Positions 1 through 8,789 of a stretch of 64,000 nt of DNA are shown here, one piece after another; the stretch's first letter is position 1; each line of letters begins with the position of its first letter. A program made the position numbers and the translations under genes. The DNA is taken from the IMG/VR virus record IMGVR_UViG_2772190778_000001. The stretch is one strand, 5' to 3'. The notes under the pieces are model-generated. The model did not search any database. It saw only the letters and a program-made list of their open reading frames with translations, and was not told the DNA's origin. Source of the DNA: a virus. Taxonomy: Duplodnaviria > Caudoviricetes.

Positions 1-48
1 CTTTTGAACGTCTCTGACATGGGATGCGCCTCCGGCTCAGGGTGTTTC

Positions 49-74
49 GGTGCCGGTCTCTCCCGGCTGTCACG
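49..74 (-). other. Conserved hairpin element CGTGACA-GCCGG-GAGAGA-CCGGC-ACC downstream of the capsid genes
   Basis: 26 nt identical to 41116-41141 in otherwise divergent intergenic DNA; 5-bp stem. Confidence 0.5.
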
Positions 75-200
75 TCCATTTCTCAGACGTTGCAGGCTCC
101 AACTCGCGTGGGCCGCGCCTACTCGGATCGCCTCCGGCGGGGTCTGGTTGTCGCCCGATGTGCCCGTGAGGTTCGCGATTGATCCTTTCGCTCTGGAATT

Positions 201-557
201 TCAGGAAGCCGCGCCTGCGGCGGCCTGCATCTCGGCCCAGACAGTGTCCCGCACGGCGGCGGTGATCTGGTCGGCAAGGCCGGGGAGCGCGTCTTGCAGC
301 GCCTTGACCTTGGGCTTGCCGCCTTTGTCGAAGGCGTCGCCCGGCAGGGCGTTGATGGCATTGGTCAAGGCCACGCGCAGCGCGTCGTCGAGGACAGGCG
401 GCGGCGCGGTGTCGGCCCCGCCGTCGGTCTCTTCGATTGCGCCCAAGGCCAGAAGGCGCGCGATCTGCGCCGCGCTGCCGATCTCTTGCGCGGGGTGGGT
501 CGATCCCGCCTCAAGCCGCGAGGCCGCGATCACAGTGCGTTTGATGAGATAGCTCAT
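201..557 (-). CDS. Head-associated hypothetical protein (Mu gp35 position)
   Basis: Start MSYLIKRT overlaps capsid stop; homolog at 41176-41532. Confidence 0.8.
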   Translation of the reverse strand: MSYLIKRTVIAASRLEAGSTHPAQEIGSAAQIARLLALGAIEETDGGADTAPPPVLDDALRVALTNAINALPGDAFDKGGKPKVKALQDALPGLADQITAAVRDTVWAEMQAAAGAAS

Positions 558-1513
558 GCTGCGTCCTCGATCAGATAGCCGGTGGCGGGGGCGGCGATGA
601 CCTCGCGGAGCTGCTCGCCCACGCGCAGGGTGGTGGCGCCTTTGAGGCCGACCTTGGGGTCGAAGAAACGCCCCGAGACGCGGCCGTCGAATTGCGCGGT
701 CCAGCCCCATGCGGGGGCGGTGCCATCGGGTCCGGCCTGTGTGTTGCGGTGGATGAGGGCGATATTGCCGCCCCAGACCTTCTCGAAGGCGGCCGTCTGA
801 CCTTTGCGCGCCGAGTTGATGTAGCTGTCGCCCACGAGGATCTCGGAAAGCTCGAAGAGCTCCGCCACCGCCTCGCGGCTGGCGCGGCCCTTGTCGCCCG
901 AGGTCCGGTTGATGGCCTTCAGGATATCGGGATGGGTCGAGAGCGCCGTCCAGGCCTTGCGCCCCATCGCGGCCACATTGGGGCGCATGATGAAGGTCGC
1001 GTCGAGAGCGGCGGAGATCACGCCGATAGGGTCAGAGGTGGGATCGGTAAACTGGCCCGCGCCCGACAGCACCACCCGCTTGTCGGCGTCATAATTGGCC
1101 GCATCTTGCACCATGGCGGCCACGCGCTTTTCGCGGTCGAGCTGGATCAGATGGGTGAGACCCTCGACGGCACGGGCCTCGGGGTCAAAGGCCGAGTTGC
1201 CAGCGGCGCGGAGTGCCCGCGCGGCATCGATGTCGCGCTGCGGCACCACGTCGTCAAGACCGTAGTCCTTGACGGAGGAGGTGCGTTCTTCGCCGGTGAA
1301 CTCGACCTGTTGGACCAGACCTTTGCGGCCCACTTCCGTGTCCGGCACGGTGAACATCTGTTCGGGCGGATAAAAGGTCCATTTGAAATCCATCCCCATG
1401 ACCGGCACGCGGGGCATCACCTGGTCGGCAATGAAGAAGATATCGGGGTTGCGGTAGTTGACGGCGATGGCGGTCAGGACCGGATCGACGACAAAGGGGG
1501 TGGGGGTGCTCAT
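554..1513 (-). CDS. Major capsid protein
   Basis: 319 aa, DPVLTAIAVNYRN N-terminus, position after protease and cement gene; close homolog at 41529-42488. Confidence 0.9.
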   Translation of the reverse strand: MSTPTPFVVDPVLTAIAVNYRNPDIFFIADQVMPRVPVMGMDFKWTFYPPEQMFTVPDTEVGRKGLVQQVEFTGEERTSSVKDYGLDDVVPQRDIDAARALRAAGNSAFDPEARAVEGLTHLIQLDREKRVAAMVQDAANYDADKRVVLSGAGQFTDPTSDPIGVISAALDATFIMRPNVAAMGRKAWTALSTHPDILKAINRTSGDKGRASREAVAELFELSEILVGDSYINSARKGQTAAFEKVWGGNIALIHRNTQAGPDGTAPAWGWTAQFDGRVSGRFFDPKVGLKGATTLRVGEQLREVIAAPATGYLIEDAA

Positions 1514-1532
1514 GGATCAGCGCTCCTAAGGA

Positions 1533-1898
1533 TCAGGTGACAGAGTGACGGGCAATGGCCACGTCGATGATGTCGCCAGCCACGCCCGCCTGCAGCGCGT
1601 AGCCGACGGCGATGTTTCCGGCCCCGGCGACGGCAGCTATGCCAAGGCCCACGCCGTTCGACGCGACGGGCGCACCGGCGGCAACCGTGCCCGCAAGCTC
1701 AAGCTCGGCCGAGCCGGACATGATCACGTCCTGAAGGTCGCCCGGTTTTGCGTCGAGCTGGTCCGAGATACCAATCGCGAGATTGGTCGCGGAGGCGGCC
1801 ACAAGGATGCCACCGAGTGTGCCGAATTTAACGATCCGGCGGCCGGGCACCGCCGCCTCGGCGGGATAGGATTTGATGAACAGTCCGGGATTAGCCAT
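1533..1898 (-). CDS. DUF2190-like capsid cement/decoration protein
   Basis: Small Ala/Gly-rich protein (AxAAVPGRRIVKF...AGVAGDIIDV) between protease and capsid; homolog in P2. Confidence 0.75.
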   Translation of the reverse strand: MANPGLFIKSYPAEAAVPGRRIVKFGTLGGILVAASATNLAIGISDQLDAKPGDLQDVIMSGSAELELAGTVAAGAPVASNGVGLGIAAVAGAGNIAVGYALQAGVAGDIIDVAIARHSVT

Positions 1899-2367
1899 TG
1901 TCGCTCTCCATGGTTTCCTCGATCTGGCGCGCCGCCTCGGCAAAGCTCAGCGTGCGGCCCTCGGCCTCTGCGTCCTTGATCAGGCGCTTGGCGGCGGCGG
2001 TGATGTCGTCTGGCCCTTTGACCTGCGGCAGGGCATCCCCGCCCGCCCGCTCGCTGAAGTCGATCAGCGGCTTGGTCTGCTTTGAGAGCAGATCGCGGAA
2101 CCACGCGCGCGGGCTGGCGCTCTTGCCTTCGGCAAAGGCCACCTCGTCTTGCGCGTCGAGGCTTTCCATGAACGCGGCCATCTCGTCCTTGAGGCCGGGG
2201 GCGATGCGCCCGTCCTTGACCAGGGCCTCGACCAGGGCGGCGTCCTCGGCGCGGCGCGTCTTGCTCAGGGCCTCGGCGAAGGCGGCTTCCTTAGCCTCAA
2301 GCGCGGCTGCGCGCGCATCGAGCGCGGCTTGGCGGTCTTCGGGGGTTTGCGTGTCCTTGCCGGACAT
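1891..2367 (-). CDS. Internal in-frame scaffold protein (gpZ-like)
   Basis: AAAGGAGAGACCGCC-ATG inside the protease gene, conserved in P2 at 43342; helical Ala/Glu-rich product. Confidence 0.65.
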   Translation of the reverse strand: MSGKDTQTPEDRQAALDARAAALEAKEAAFAEALSKTRRAEDAALVEALVKDGRIAPGLKDEMAAFMESLDAQDEVAFAEGKSASPRAWFRDLLSKQTKPLIDFSERAGGDALPQVKGPDDITAAAKRLIKDAEAEGRTLSFAEAARQIEETMESDNG

Positions 2368-2976
2368 GGCGGTCTCTCCTTTTTGGGGTTCGGCGAATGG
2401 GATTTGTGTGGTCTCGGGCGCGCCTGTGGCGTCGCGGAGTGCCTCTTGGCCTGCGGGGGTGCGTGCCCAGGACAGGACGGCGGCAATCGCGCCTTTCAGC
2501 GTGTCCGCGAAACTGGCGGCGGGCGCTCCCTCTTCCGAGAAGGCGATCTCCAAGGTCACAGCCTCGGCGTCCTCGGCGAACTCGGCCGCCTTGAGGCCCT
2601 TCACGGCGGGGGGCTGCGCGCCCAGAAAGCCCACGTGCTTCAGGTAATAGGTGCCGGGGGTCGGGTTTGCGGCAGACTGGGGAGGATAGAAGGAGGCGCT
2701 GATCCGCTTGAAGCGGCCCGCGCGCACCATCTCGGCGAAGGCAGGCTCCACCTGGTCGGGCTCGGCAAAAAGCTCCGCCCCTTCGGCGCGCAAGCGTTTG
2801 ACCCAGCCGTAAGCCGGGGCATCGGTGCGAGGATGGCCCACGACAATGGGGGCCTCATGGAGGGCGGGATTATAGGCGGTGGCAATGCCCTCGACCTCGG
2901 CTTCGGAAAACTCGAAGCTCTGCCCGGAATGGGCGGTGTGGCGACCAGCGCGGAAGATGTGAAGCGGTTTTGTCAT
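1891..2976 (-). CDS. Mu gpI-like prohead protease/scaffold
   Basis: LHIFRAGRH, APIVVGHP, AYGWV, FKRISASFY, YLKHVGFLGAQPPAVKGL motifs. Confidence 0.92.
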   Translation of the reverse strand: MTKPLHIFRAGRHTAHSGQSFEFSEAEVEGIATAYNPALHEAPIVVGHPRTDAPAYGWVKRLRAEGAELFAEPDQVEPAFAEMVRAGRFKRISASFYPPQSAANPTPGTYYLKHVGFLGAQPPAVKGLKAAEFAEDAEAVTLEIAFSEEGAPAASFADTLKGAIAAVLSWARTPAGQEALRDATGAPETTQIPFAEPQKGETAMSGKDTQTPEDRQAALDARAAALEAKEAAFAEALSKTRRAEDAALVEALVKDGRIAPGLKDEMAAFMESLDAQDEVAFAEGKSASPRAWFRDLLSKQTKPLIDFSERAGGDALPQVKGPDDITAAAKRLIKDAEAEGRTLSFAEAARQIEETMESDNG

Positions 2977-3179
2977 GACCCGACATTAAGCCGGGGCGAC
3001 GGGCCAGATCAGATGAAGGGCTTCAGGGGAAGGGGGGCGCGCTGCGCGTGCCACCTTGGGTCAGACTAGCGCCCTCTAAGGGCATGCGGCAAGCCCGGAA
3101 TGCAAACGGCCCCAGAACGGCCCGCTGAGTGCGCTTCTGGCTCTGGCGGGGGTTGGGTCGCAAAATCCCCGATGGGGGT

Positions 3180-3197
3180 ATTAAATGGGTATTTAAT
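3180..3197. promoter_or_regulatory. AT-rich palindrome ATTAAAT-GGGT-ATTTAAT upstream of the head operon
   Basis: Perfect inverted repeat in a roughly 300-bp intergenic region strongly conserved in P2. Confidence 0.4.
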
Positions 3198-3273
3198 GAG
3201 GCGCTGAGAGGCCATTGCGTCTGGTGGGGTCGGTTGCAGGTGCACCTGCGGGGTCAAATAACCCCAAATTGCC

Positions 3274-3495
3274 TCAGGATGCCGATTTGTCGATGAAGGA
3301 CCGGAGAAGTGCGCGGCGCTCTTCGGGCGTCCTCTTGGGGCGGTCGAAATAGACCCGAAGGTCTTCGCGGCGGACCGCGACCAGCTCTTCCTTGTCCGGA
3401 TCTTCGTCGGGCAAGGCTTCGGCTTCACGCAATGCGGCCTCATAGGCCTCGCGGCTCCATTCGTCGGGGGGCTCAACCAGCAACGTTCGCATCAC
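3274..3495 (-). CDS. Small acidic protein, putative immunity partner of the MuF C-terminal domain
   Basis: ATGA overlap with MuF; homolog at 44250-44468. Confidence 0.7.
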   Translation of the reverse strand: MMRTLLVEPPDEWSREAYEAALREAEALPDEDPDKEELVAVRREDLRVYFDRPKRTPEERRALLRSFIDKSAS

Positions 3496-4823
3496 GCATC
3501 TCCGTTCATGGTCCTGACAATGGCGGCGGCAACAGCCCGGGCGGTCTCTTCTATGCGTTGGCGAATTGCTCGTGTCCGCGCGCCAAGGCTCTCTTGATAT
3601 AAGATCAGGCCCTGAGACTGCAAGACGTCGAGGACCGCGAGGCGCACCGCATGGTCGCGCTCTGTGTTGGTCAAGCCCGGGGCAAACTCGTCAATGAGTT
3701 CGGCCGCGACCTCCGCAAGTTCGCGCATGTTGCCACGGCTGGGCCTCAGCATCTGTGCCCGGAAAAGCGAGCCGTCGTGACCAACGGCAACGATTGATCG
3801 AACTTGGCGCTGGAACATGACCGCCATGTCATCCGGGCTGAGCGGTGCGGAACTGGGGTGATTGTGCACGAGGCCGACACCCGTGCCGCTCTCCAGCCGC
3901 CCGATTATGGAGGAGGTCAGTCTGACGCGCTTAGGCTTACCCACGCTCCAGTCGATTTCTTCGCCGGTCCCCAGGTCGAACGCGCCAAGATGCTCACGCC
4001 CGTCGCCAAGGCCCATGAGCCGGGCGCGCATGGCAAAGCCAAGCTCGGTCGCTGCCGCCTGGGCTGAAAGCCCGGCCGATAGCCTCGCGTGGCGCGCGCC
4101 GAGGTCAAGCCACGCATGGCCCGGGTTGCCGTCCCACGCGGGATCGACCCCGAGTGCCGTGGCTTCGATCTCGCCGGTGCGACGGTTCAGGACCCCGCGC
4201 TCCTCCAGCTCGAAATCCTCTGTCACCTTGAGGCCGCGCCGCTCCAGCATGCCTTGCGAGAGTTGCTGGACCGTGCAGCCGCAGCGCCAGCCGTTGGGGG
4301 GAAAGATACGAAGCCATGCCGGGTGATCGACGGGCAGGATCACCTCGTGATAGATCGCGTGTTCCTCGCGCTTGGTGTCGCGCTGGATCTGCACGTAGCG
4401 CAGGAAGGGAAAGGCGGCCTTGGTGCGTTGGATACGCGCCCATTTACCCGCAGCATGGGCCGCGCGCATATTGGCGTCGAAGATCACCCGCAGGCGGCGC
4501 GGCGAGCCAAGCCGGACATTCTTCATCTCGCCGGTCAGGGGATCGCGCTCCATTCCGCTGCCCCACCAGCCGAGCCGTTTCAACTCGGGCTCGAGGTCAT
4601 CCATGAAGCTGCCCATCGTGCCGCCATTGGCCAGCGCACGGTCGAGTGCCGCCCGGATCGTCTCCAGAACATCAGTCCGCATCGCCTTGGCGACAACGAA
4701 GTTGCTGGCATGTTCATTGCGCCAGACATCGCGGAAATCAAACCGCGCATCAGGCGGGGCGAGGCCCTTGGAGCGAAAGAACGACAGCGCGTCCTCAGGG
4801 CGCAGGCGCTGCAGGTCGATCAT
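3492..4823 (-). CDS. MuF minor head protein with C-terminal JAB/MPN-like domain
   Basis: RLRVIFDANMRAAHAAG, FPFLRY, PPNGWRCGC (MuF); GREHL...HNHPSSAPLSPDD in the extension. Confidence 0.88.
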   Translation of the reverse strand: MIDLQRLRPEDALSFFRSKGLAPPDARFDFRDVWRNEHASNFVVAKAMRTDVLETIRAALDRALANGGTMGSFMDDLEPELKRLGWWGSGMERDPLTGEMKNVRLGSPRRLRVIFDANMRAAHAAGKWARIQRTKAAFPFLRYVQIQRDTKREEHAIYHEVILPVDHPAWLRIFPPNGWRCGCTVQQLSQGMLERRGLKVTEDFELEERGVLNRRTGEIEATALGVDPAWDGNPGHAWLDLGARHARLSAGLSAQAAATELGFAMRARLMGLGDGREHLGAFDLGTGEEIDWSVGKPKRVRLTSSIIGRLESGTGVGLVHNHPSSAPLSPDDMAVMFQRQVRSIVAVGHDGSLFRAQMLRPSRGNMRELAEVAAELIDEFAPGLTNTERDHAVRLAVLDVLQSQGLILYQESLGARTRAIRQRIEETARAVAAAIVRTMNGDA

Positions 4824-6370
4824 GGGGCCAAGGACCCGGGCAGGCTGTCCGACCCATCTGGTGTTTCGCTGTCATCCACCACGGCCCCCAGCTCGCCCGC
4901 GAGACGCGCGGCGAAACTGGCCTCGGTCAGTAGATCAGTCATCGCTTGTCCGTCGCTTGGTGCGGCCGCCAAGGCGTCGAGACGGGCGCGCAGCGCCTCA
5001 AGCGTGGTGCCCGGTGCGACGCCACCCAGAAGGGCCGCGATATCTGCGAATAGCGGCTCGGCGGCCGTCTCGGCATGGCCCTCGGCGATGATCTCCGCCG
5101 CGAGTGCATCGAGCGCGCTCTCATGGCGATGCTCGGCAAAACCGGCCTCGGGCGGGTTCTCACCAGGTTGTGTTGGGTCGGGAGGGGCCGCGCGCTCATA
5201 CCCGTCGCCATAGGTCTCCTTGACACGGTCCTCGGACATGCGCCAGCCCATGCGGTGCAGCTTCTCGTCGCGGTCCACGGCGGCGGTTGTATCCTCCGGG
5301 TCTTCCATCTTGCGCCAGACCCTTGGCGGCGTTACGCCGGGGAAGTTGAACTCGGAAAGCTGCGCCACCGGCCCTTCGTTGAAGGACTGGCAGACGAGAT
5401 CCGCGTCTGACTTCTTGACGGCGTCGCCCACGTCATCATGCACCTCGGCCTGCGACCGGCTGGAGCCATTGTCGGTGGTCATGGTCTGCGACAGCACGAT
5501 TTTCGAGATTGCGGCATCCATCGTGTCGTGCAGCTTCTGGTAATCCAGAGAACTGGCACCCGAGGGCGCGGACAAAAGCTCAATATCCATGCCCTCGGGG
5601 ATGATGATCCCGGCCTCCGAGCGGATGGCCATCACGGCCTCGAGCAGCTTCTTCTGTTCCGCTTCGGTGGCTTGCGAGGGATACTTGCCCCGCGCGGTCG
5701 GCATGCCGAATTTGTCGAGGGCGATCAGCCAGAGCTTCAGCCCATTGCGCTTGAACCAGACCGGCCAATAGAGCCAATGCGCGAGGCCAAGCCCATAAGG
5801 CTCGTCGTCGTGATCCGCCCCGGTCGAGAACACCCAGAACTTCTCGGGCGGCATTTCCTCTCCGGTCAGCATATTGGAGAGGGTCAAAAGGCGCAGGCCG
5901 CAATTCTCGTCAAAGCGAAACCGTACCCGGTCGCGCACGCGGATTTCCTCCCAGCCCCAGAGCCGCCCGTCGCGGCGATACATCTGCTCGGCGACGGAAT
6001 AGCCATAAAAGAGGCCCCAGAGCATCTTCTCGGTCAGGCGGTCGAACTTCATGGCCGAAAGCTCGTCGCGCAGCCAGTCGGCGGCGCGTTTGCCCGCCGC
6101 CGTGTCCTCGCCCGGCACCACCTCCCATTCCCGGCTGGTGACGGCCGAGATGCGCTGCGTCATGACCGATTTGACCTGCGGATCGGTCAGGATCGGCTTG
6201 TAGATGTCAAAACTGCCACCGCCGCGCGTGCGCAGGATCGGGTCCGTTGGTTCGAGCAGCGGGCCGATCCATGGCCGGGTGATATCGCGACCGTTCTGGA
6301 TGCCCGAAAGCTCCATCGGGTTGCGCAGCCGTACCGAGCGCAGCCGCATGGTGCTGGTCTTTCTAGCCAT
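4820..6370 (-). CDS. Portal protein (DUF935, Mu gp29-like)
   Basis: PYGLGLAHWLYWPVWFK, DKFGMP..GKYP, SKIVLSQTMTT, SRSQAEVH motifs; start MARKTS. Confidence 0.92.
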   Translation of the reverse strand: MARKTSTMRLRSVRLRNPMELSGIQNGRDITRPWIGPLLEPTDPILRTRGGGSFDIYKPILTDPQVKSVMTQRISAVTSREWEVVPGEDTAAGKRAADWLRDELSAMKFDRLTEKMLWGLFYGYSVAEQMYRRDGRLWGWEEIRVRDRVRFRFDENCGLRLLTLSNMLTGEEMPPEKFWVFSTGADHDDEPYGLGLAHWLYWPVWFKRNGLKLWLIALDKFGMPTARGKYPSQATEAEQKKLLEAVMAIRSEAGIIIPEGMDIELLSAPSGASSLDYQKLHDTMDAAISKIVLSQTMTTDNGSSRSQAEVHDDVGDAVKKSDADLVCQSFNEGPVAQLSEFNFPGVTPPRVWRKMEDPEDTTAAVDRDEKLHRMGWRMSEDRVKETYGDGYERAAPPDPTQPGENPPEAGFAEHRHESALDALAAEIIAEGHAETAAEPLFADIAALLGGVAPGTTLEALRARLDALAAAPSDGQAMTDLLTEASFAARLAGELGAVVDDSETPDGSDSLPGSLAP

Positions 6371-8012
6371 CCGGGAACCCTCCAAAATCCAGAACTCCGC
6401 CACCTCGGGCAAAGCCCATGCGCCGCCCGCCCAAAGGGCTGATGAAGTCCTCGGCCGTCAGAGCGGTGCGCCGCCCGGTCGATTGAAACTCCATGGGCAC
6501 CACGTCCTGATTGCTCGCATGCCAGGCGAGCGCGCCTGCGATGGCGCTGTCGCCATGCCGGTCGAGACCGTCCGAGCCTTTGAAGCGGAAGTTCTCGGGC
6601 ACGCGAATGATGCCGTTTGTGTATTGCAGCGCCTGATGGTCGCGCAGCACGTCCTCATGGGCGGGCAGAACGATGGTGCGATCCGAGAAGGCTTCGATAT
6701 AGGGCGGCATCTCCAGCTCGTACCATGCCCTCGTGAATGAGACCTCGACGATCCGCGCGCCGTAGCGTTGGGCCGCGACCTCGGCGAGATAGGCCCCGTT
6801 GCCGGTGCGGTCCATCGCGCCCTTTTGGAAATTGGGCAGGCGGTCGAGCAGCCAGAAGAGCACGTCGCGCTGCTGGTCAAAGGGGATATTGCGCAGCTCG
6901 ACAATGAGCTTGGTGCGCCGGGTGAGATCGACGCCCTGCTCGAGAATGATGATGTCGGTGGCATCGCCCGAGCGCGCAAAGTCCTCGCCCATGAAATGCG
7001 GGCGCGTTCGGTCGAGGGTTTTAAGCACCGGTTCAAGGTGGGTTTTACACCAGGCTTCAGCGGCGGCCTTGCGGACGGGTTCGTCGGCATTCTTGAAGCT
7101 GTCGGGCTGCGTCCAGCGATGGAACGGGATGCCCTGCGCCATGCAGGCCTCGATTTGGACGCGGGTCAGGGCCGCGCCTTCCATCTCGGCGGGTTCCGCA
7201 TCAAGCTCTTGGCGCATCGCGGCCTCGCGCGCGCCGTAAGCCCGGCGCACAGTGGCCTCCCACGCGGCCTCGGCCTCTGGCGTCCAGGTCTTGCCCTGCA
7301 TCATGCAGACGCGTTTATAAAGCCCGTTGGCGACCGCGTCGCTGAATGTGTAGCGATGCACCGCAAAGCCGTTCTTGCCCGCGCGCGCCTCGCGGATCAG
7401 CTCGTTGAAGGCATTGAGATAACCGTTATGGGTCGAGATGATCCGGACCTTGCCGCCCCAGATCAGCATTGCGTTCACGGCGTCGATCACCTCGCGCACG
7501 TCCTTGTGGAACGCGGCCTCGTCGATCACCACGGTGCCCTGAAGGCCCCGGATATTGGCGGGGTTGGAGCTGAGCGCCTCGACGCGGAACCCGGAGGCAA
7601 AGCGCACGCGGTAGGCCGAGATGAACTTGGTGGTGCCGTCGGGCTGTTGATCCTCGAAGAGAAACTCCTCGATAGGGTGCGCCGCCCCCGCGATCACCCG
7701 CGCGAAATGCGCCACATAGCCAATGGCCTCGCGGCCCTTATCCTTGGTGTCGCCGATGTAAAAGCAGTTCTGCCCGCCCGCACCGCGCGCGGCGGCGGCA
7801 ATGAGGGCGCAGCCCAGCATCTCGGCAAAGGTGATGCCGGTGCGGCGACCCTTCTCGCAGACCTTGAGATCGCTCTCGTCGGCCAGCCAAGAGCGTTGAT
7901 GTTCCATCAGGATGCCGTCTGCCAGCGGATCGAGGCTCTCGGGGATCTCCGAGCCGCGCGGCAATTCCTCGGGGAGCGCGTCCGGGTCGCGGGTGAGGAC
8001 GGGGGCGGTCAC
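6363..8012 (-). CDS. terL: Terminase large subunit (Mu gp28-like)
   Basis: EKGRRTGIT Walker A-like, VVIDEAAFH Walker B, ISTHNG, GEDFARSGD, HGDSAIA nuclease motifs; GTG start at 8012. Confidence 0.93.
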   Translation of the reverse strand: MTAPVLTRDPDALPEELPRGSEIPESLDPLADGILMEHQRSWLADESDLKVCEKGRRTGITFAEMLGCALIAAAARGAGGQNCFYIGDTKDKGREAIGYVAHFARVIAGAAHPIEEFLFEDQQPDGTTKFISAYRVRFASGFRVEALSSNPANIRGLQGTVVIDEAAFHKDVREVIDAVNAMLIWGGKVRIISTHNGYLNAFNELIREARAGKNGFAVHRYTFSDAVANGLYKRVCMMQGKTWTPEAEAAWEATVRRAYGAREAAMRQELDAEPAEMEGAALTRVQIEACMAQGIPFHRWTQPDSFKNADEPVRKAAAEAWCKTHLEPVLKTLDRTRPHFMGEDFARSGDATDIIILEQGVDLTRRTKLIVELRNIPFDQQRDVLFWLLDRLPNFQKGAMDRTGNGAYLAEVAAQRYGARIVEVSFTRAWYELEMPPYIEAFSDRTIVLPAHEDVLRDHQALQYTNGIIRVPENFRFKGSDGLDRHGDSAIAGALAWHASNQDVVPMEFQSTGRRTALTAEDFISPLGGRRMGFARGGGVLDFGGFPDG

Positions 8013-8203
8013 GGCTGGCCCTGCTCGATTTGCCAACCTTTACCGGCGAGCGATTTGAACAGCAGCACTGCGATCTGAAGATCGACAGTGAGCCGGAGGC
8101 CCGGCGACGAACTTTTTTTCTGAACCGCGTCACGCATTGCAGCCGCTTCGGTTGCAACCCAGCTCCCGGTTTTGCCGTCCGGGCTTTTCCATCGAAAGGC
8201 CAT
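8009..8203 (-). CDS. Hypothetical protein (64 aa), P1-specific insert
   Basis: Overlapping stop/start junctions on both sides. Confidence 0.6.
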   Translation of the reverse strand: MAFRWKSPDGKTGSWVATEAAAMRDAVQKKSSSPGLRLTVDLQIAVLLFKSLAGKGWQIEQGQP

Positions 8204-8493
8204 TAGCGCCGCTCCCGTTCTTTCCTGAGCAGGCGCCAATTGTTCAGGGCCACGCCGCCGGTGATCGCGGCGAGCAGCATGATCCAGTGCTCTTGTCCCA
8301 GCCACGTGAGCAGAATGCCAGCGGCCAGCGCCACGCCGAGTTTGACGGCCCACCAGTTGCCGGTCAGCCCCATGAGGCGGGCCATGAGCGGGTTGGCCTC
8401 GACCAGCCCGCCGCGCAGGGCCGCGCGCGTGGTCGCCACGTCGGCGAATTGCGCCAGCAGATAAACAGCCCAGATGAAAACCAGATCAGACAT
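8203..8493 (-). CDS. DUF5658-like small membrane protein
   Basis: DVATT..AL.GG.VEANPLM motif and three hydrophobic segments. Confidence 0.7.
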   Translation of the reverse strand: MSDLVFIWAVYLLAQFADVATTRAALRGGLVEANPLMARLMGLTGNWWAVKLGVALAAGILLTWLGQEHWIMLLAAITGGVALNNWRLLRKERERR

Positions 8494-8789
8494 CAGGCAA
8501 CCTCCCAGTAGCCATCGCGCAGCCAGCCATGCCAGCCGCAACGCAGTTGATTGACCGACGGTGTGAGCGTCGGCTCGGACAAGGACCCGTCCCATTCCCA
8601 GCTCGGGCTGGACGCGGGCTTGCCGCGCAGGCCGATGATGATCCGGCTCGGACCTTCGCAGCCGCAGGGGCAGTAAAACCAAAAGGACGCGGCGTCGGGG
8701 CCACCTTGGGTCAGGTCGATGTGGAAACTGCCCGGCAGCTTTTGCCGCCGGAACTCGGCCGGGTTGGGGAATTCGATGGCGCGGATCAT
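8493..8789 (-). CDS. DUF6527-family protein
   Basis: CPCGC...W.W....PTLTPSVN...CGWHGWLRDG.W motif. Confidence 0.75.
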   Translation of the reverse strand: MIRAIEFPNPAEFRRQKLPGSFHIDLTQGGPDAASFWFYCPCGCEGPSRIIIGLRGKPASSPSWEWDGSLSEPTLTPSVNQLRCGWHGWLRDGYWEVA

